Shown: positions 42,588 to 42,735 of the stretch, piece after piece
Layout of the letters: the number at the start of each line of letters is the position of its first letter
Numbering within the stretch: position 1 is the stretch's first letter
From: Candidatus Uhrbacteria bacterium
GTDB lineage: Bacteria; Patescibacteriota; Patescibacteriia; JACQRZ01
Assembly: GCA_016206145.1 (NCBI GenBank)
Contig: JACQSA010000005.1
Span: forward strand, 1-42,735
Length of the DNA stretch: 42,735 nucleotides
Reading direction: 5' to 3'
Made by a program: the position numbers and the translations under genes
Notes under the pieces: generated by a model
Databases searched by the model: none
What the model was told of the DNA's origin: nothing
What the model saw: only the letters and a program-made list of their open reading frames with translations

Positions 42588-42614
42588 AAAAATCTCCTCT
42601 CCAAGGAGATTTTT
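42588..42614 (+). terminator. candidate terminator hairpin downstream of tRNA-Gln
   Basis: AAAAATCTCC-TCTCCAA-GGAGATTTTT is a perfect 10-bp stem. It shares a 20-nt 5' block with the hairpin after rplL. Confidence 0.45.
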
Positions 42615-42735
42615 GGTATTAGGATTCCCCCGCCTGAATTCAAAATTTTTCTTACAATCAAAAACAAAATCCCATGGTTTTTTAAAATCCACCCGAGCCC
42701 TTCGCTCCGCGAGGAGGCGGTTCACGGTGCAAGGC

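Noticed and set aside
42482-42725. Minus-strand ORFs 42482-42667 and 42510-42725.
   Set aside because: They overlap tRNA-Gln and its terminator hairpin and have no coding features.
1-42735. An alternative genetic code (UGA recoded, as in some CPR lineages).
   Set aside because: Well-supported genes terminate at TGA at the expected length (ppa at 2433-2435, mltG at 25989-25991, the Memo-like gene at 32334-32336). No conserved gene is broken by in-frame TGA.
42688-42735. Calling the right-edge GC-rich stretch RNase P RNA or the 5' end of 23S rRNA, on the basis of CACGGTG and GCAAGGC resemblances.
   Set aside because: The similar strings are short and in the wrong context: no GAGGAAAGTCC, and no 23S GGATGCCTTGGC. 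The sequence is truncated, so it is reported only as an unidentified structured start.

Overview
AT-rich, gene-dense bacterial chromosomal segment read with the standard code (TGA is used as a stop). Almost everything is on the + strand; only corA, a 774-aa ORF and two tRNAs are on the - strand. The content is mostly housekeeping: ppa, gpmI, pepA, mreB, holB, frr, rseP, mltG, rplJ-rplL, pyrG and ftsEX. Interleaved with these are a cell-envelope glycosyltransferase/DUF4012 cluster, two adjacent type II/VII toxin-antitoxin modules and several ORFans. Frequent 4-20 nt start/stop overlaps, weak Shine-Dalgarno sites, extended -10 promoters and DUF4012/BNR/A2M surface proteins suggest a small-genome Patescibacteria (CPR)-like organism; that assignment is inference only. 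Five things deserve a second look. (1) A 1771-aa alpha-2-macroglobulin-like protein carries a 128-aa mini-intein/BIL-type Hint domain in its Gly-rich bait-region linker. The +1 nucleophile is replaced by Gln, and the host appears to have lost the CxEQ thioester cysteine. (2) Two diverged copies of a ~122-nt element (10099-10220 and 36760-36882) differ by compensatory base changes in two helices, so they look like an unclassified structured RNA. G-U pairs favour the minus strand. (3) One of those copies sits inside a 25-bp inverted repeat whose arms also occur as stand-alone hairpins at 15466-15495 and 33537-33570. (4) A 1154-aa ORFan with about ten 35-42-aa helical repeats is translationally coupled to a GT4 glycosyltransferase, just downstream of the TA modules. 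(5) TGnTAnnnT promoters recur, and three mRNAs are probably leaderless. No CRISPR array, transposase, integrase or rRNA gene was seen. I had no search tools, so all family assignments rest on motifs read by eye.
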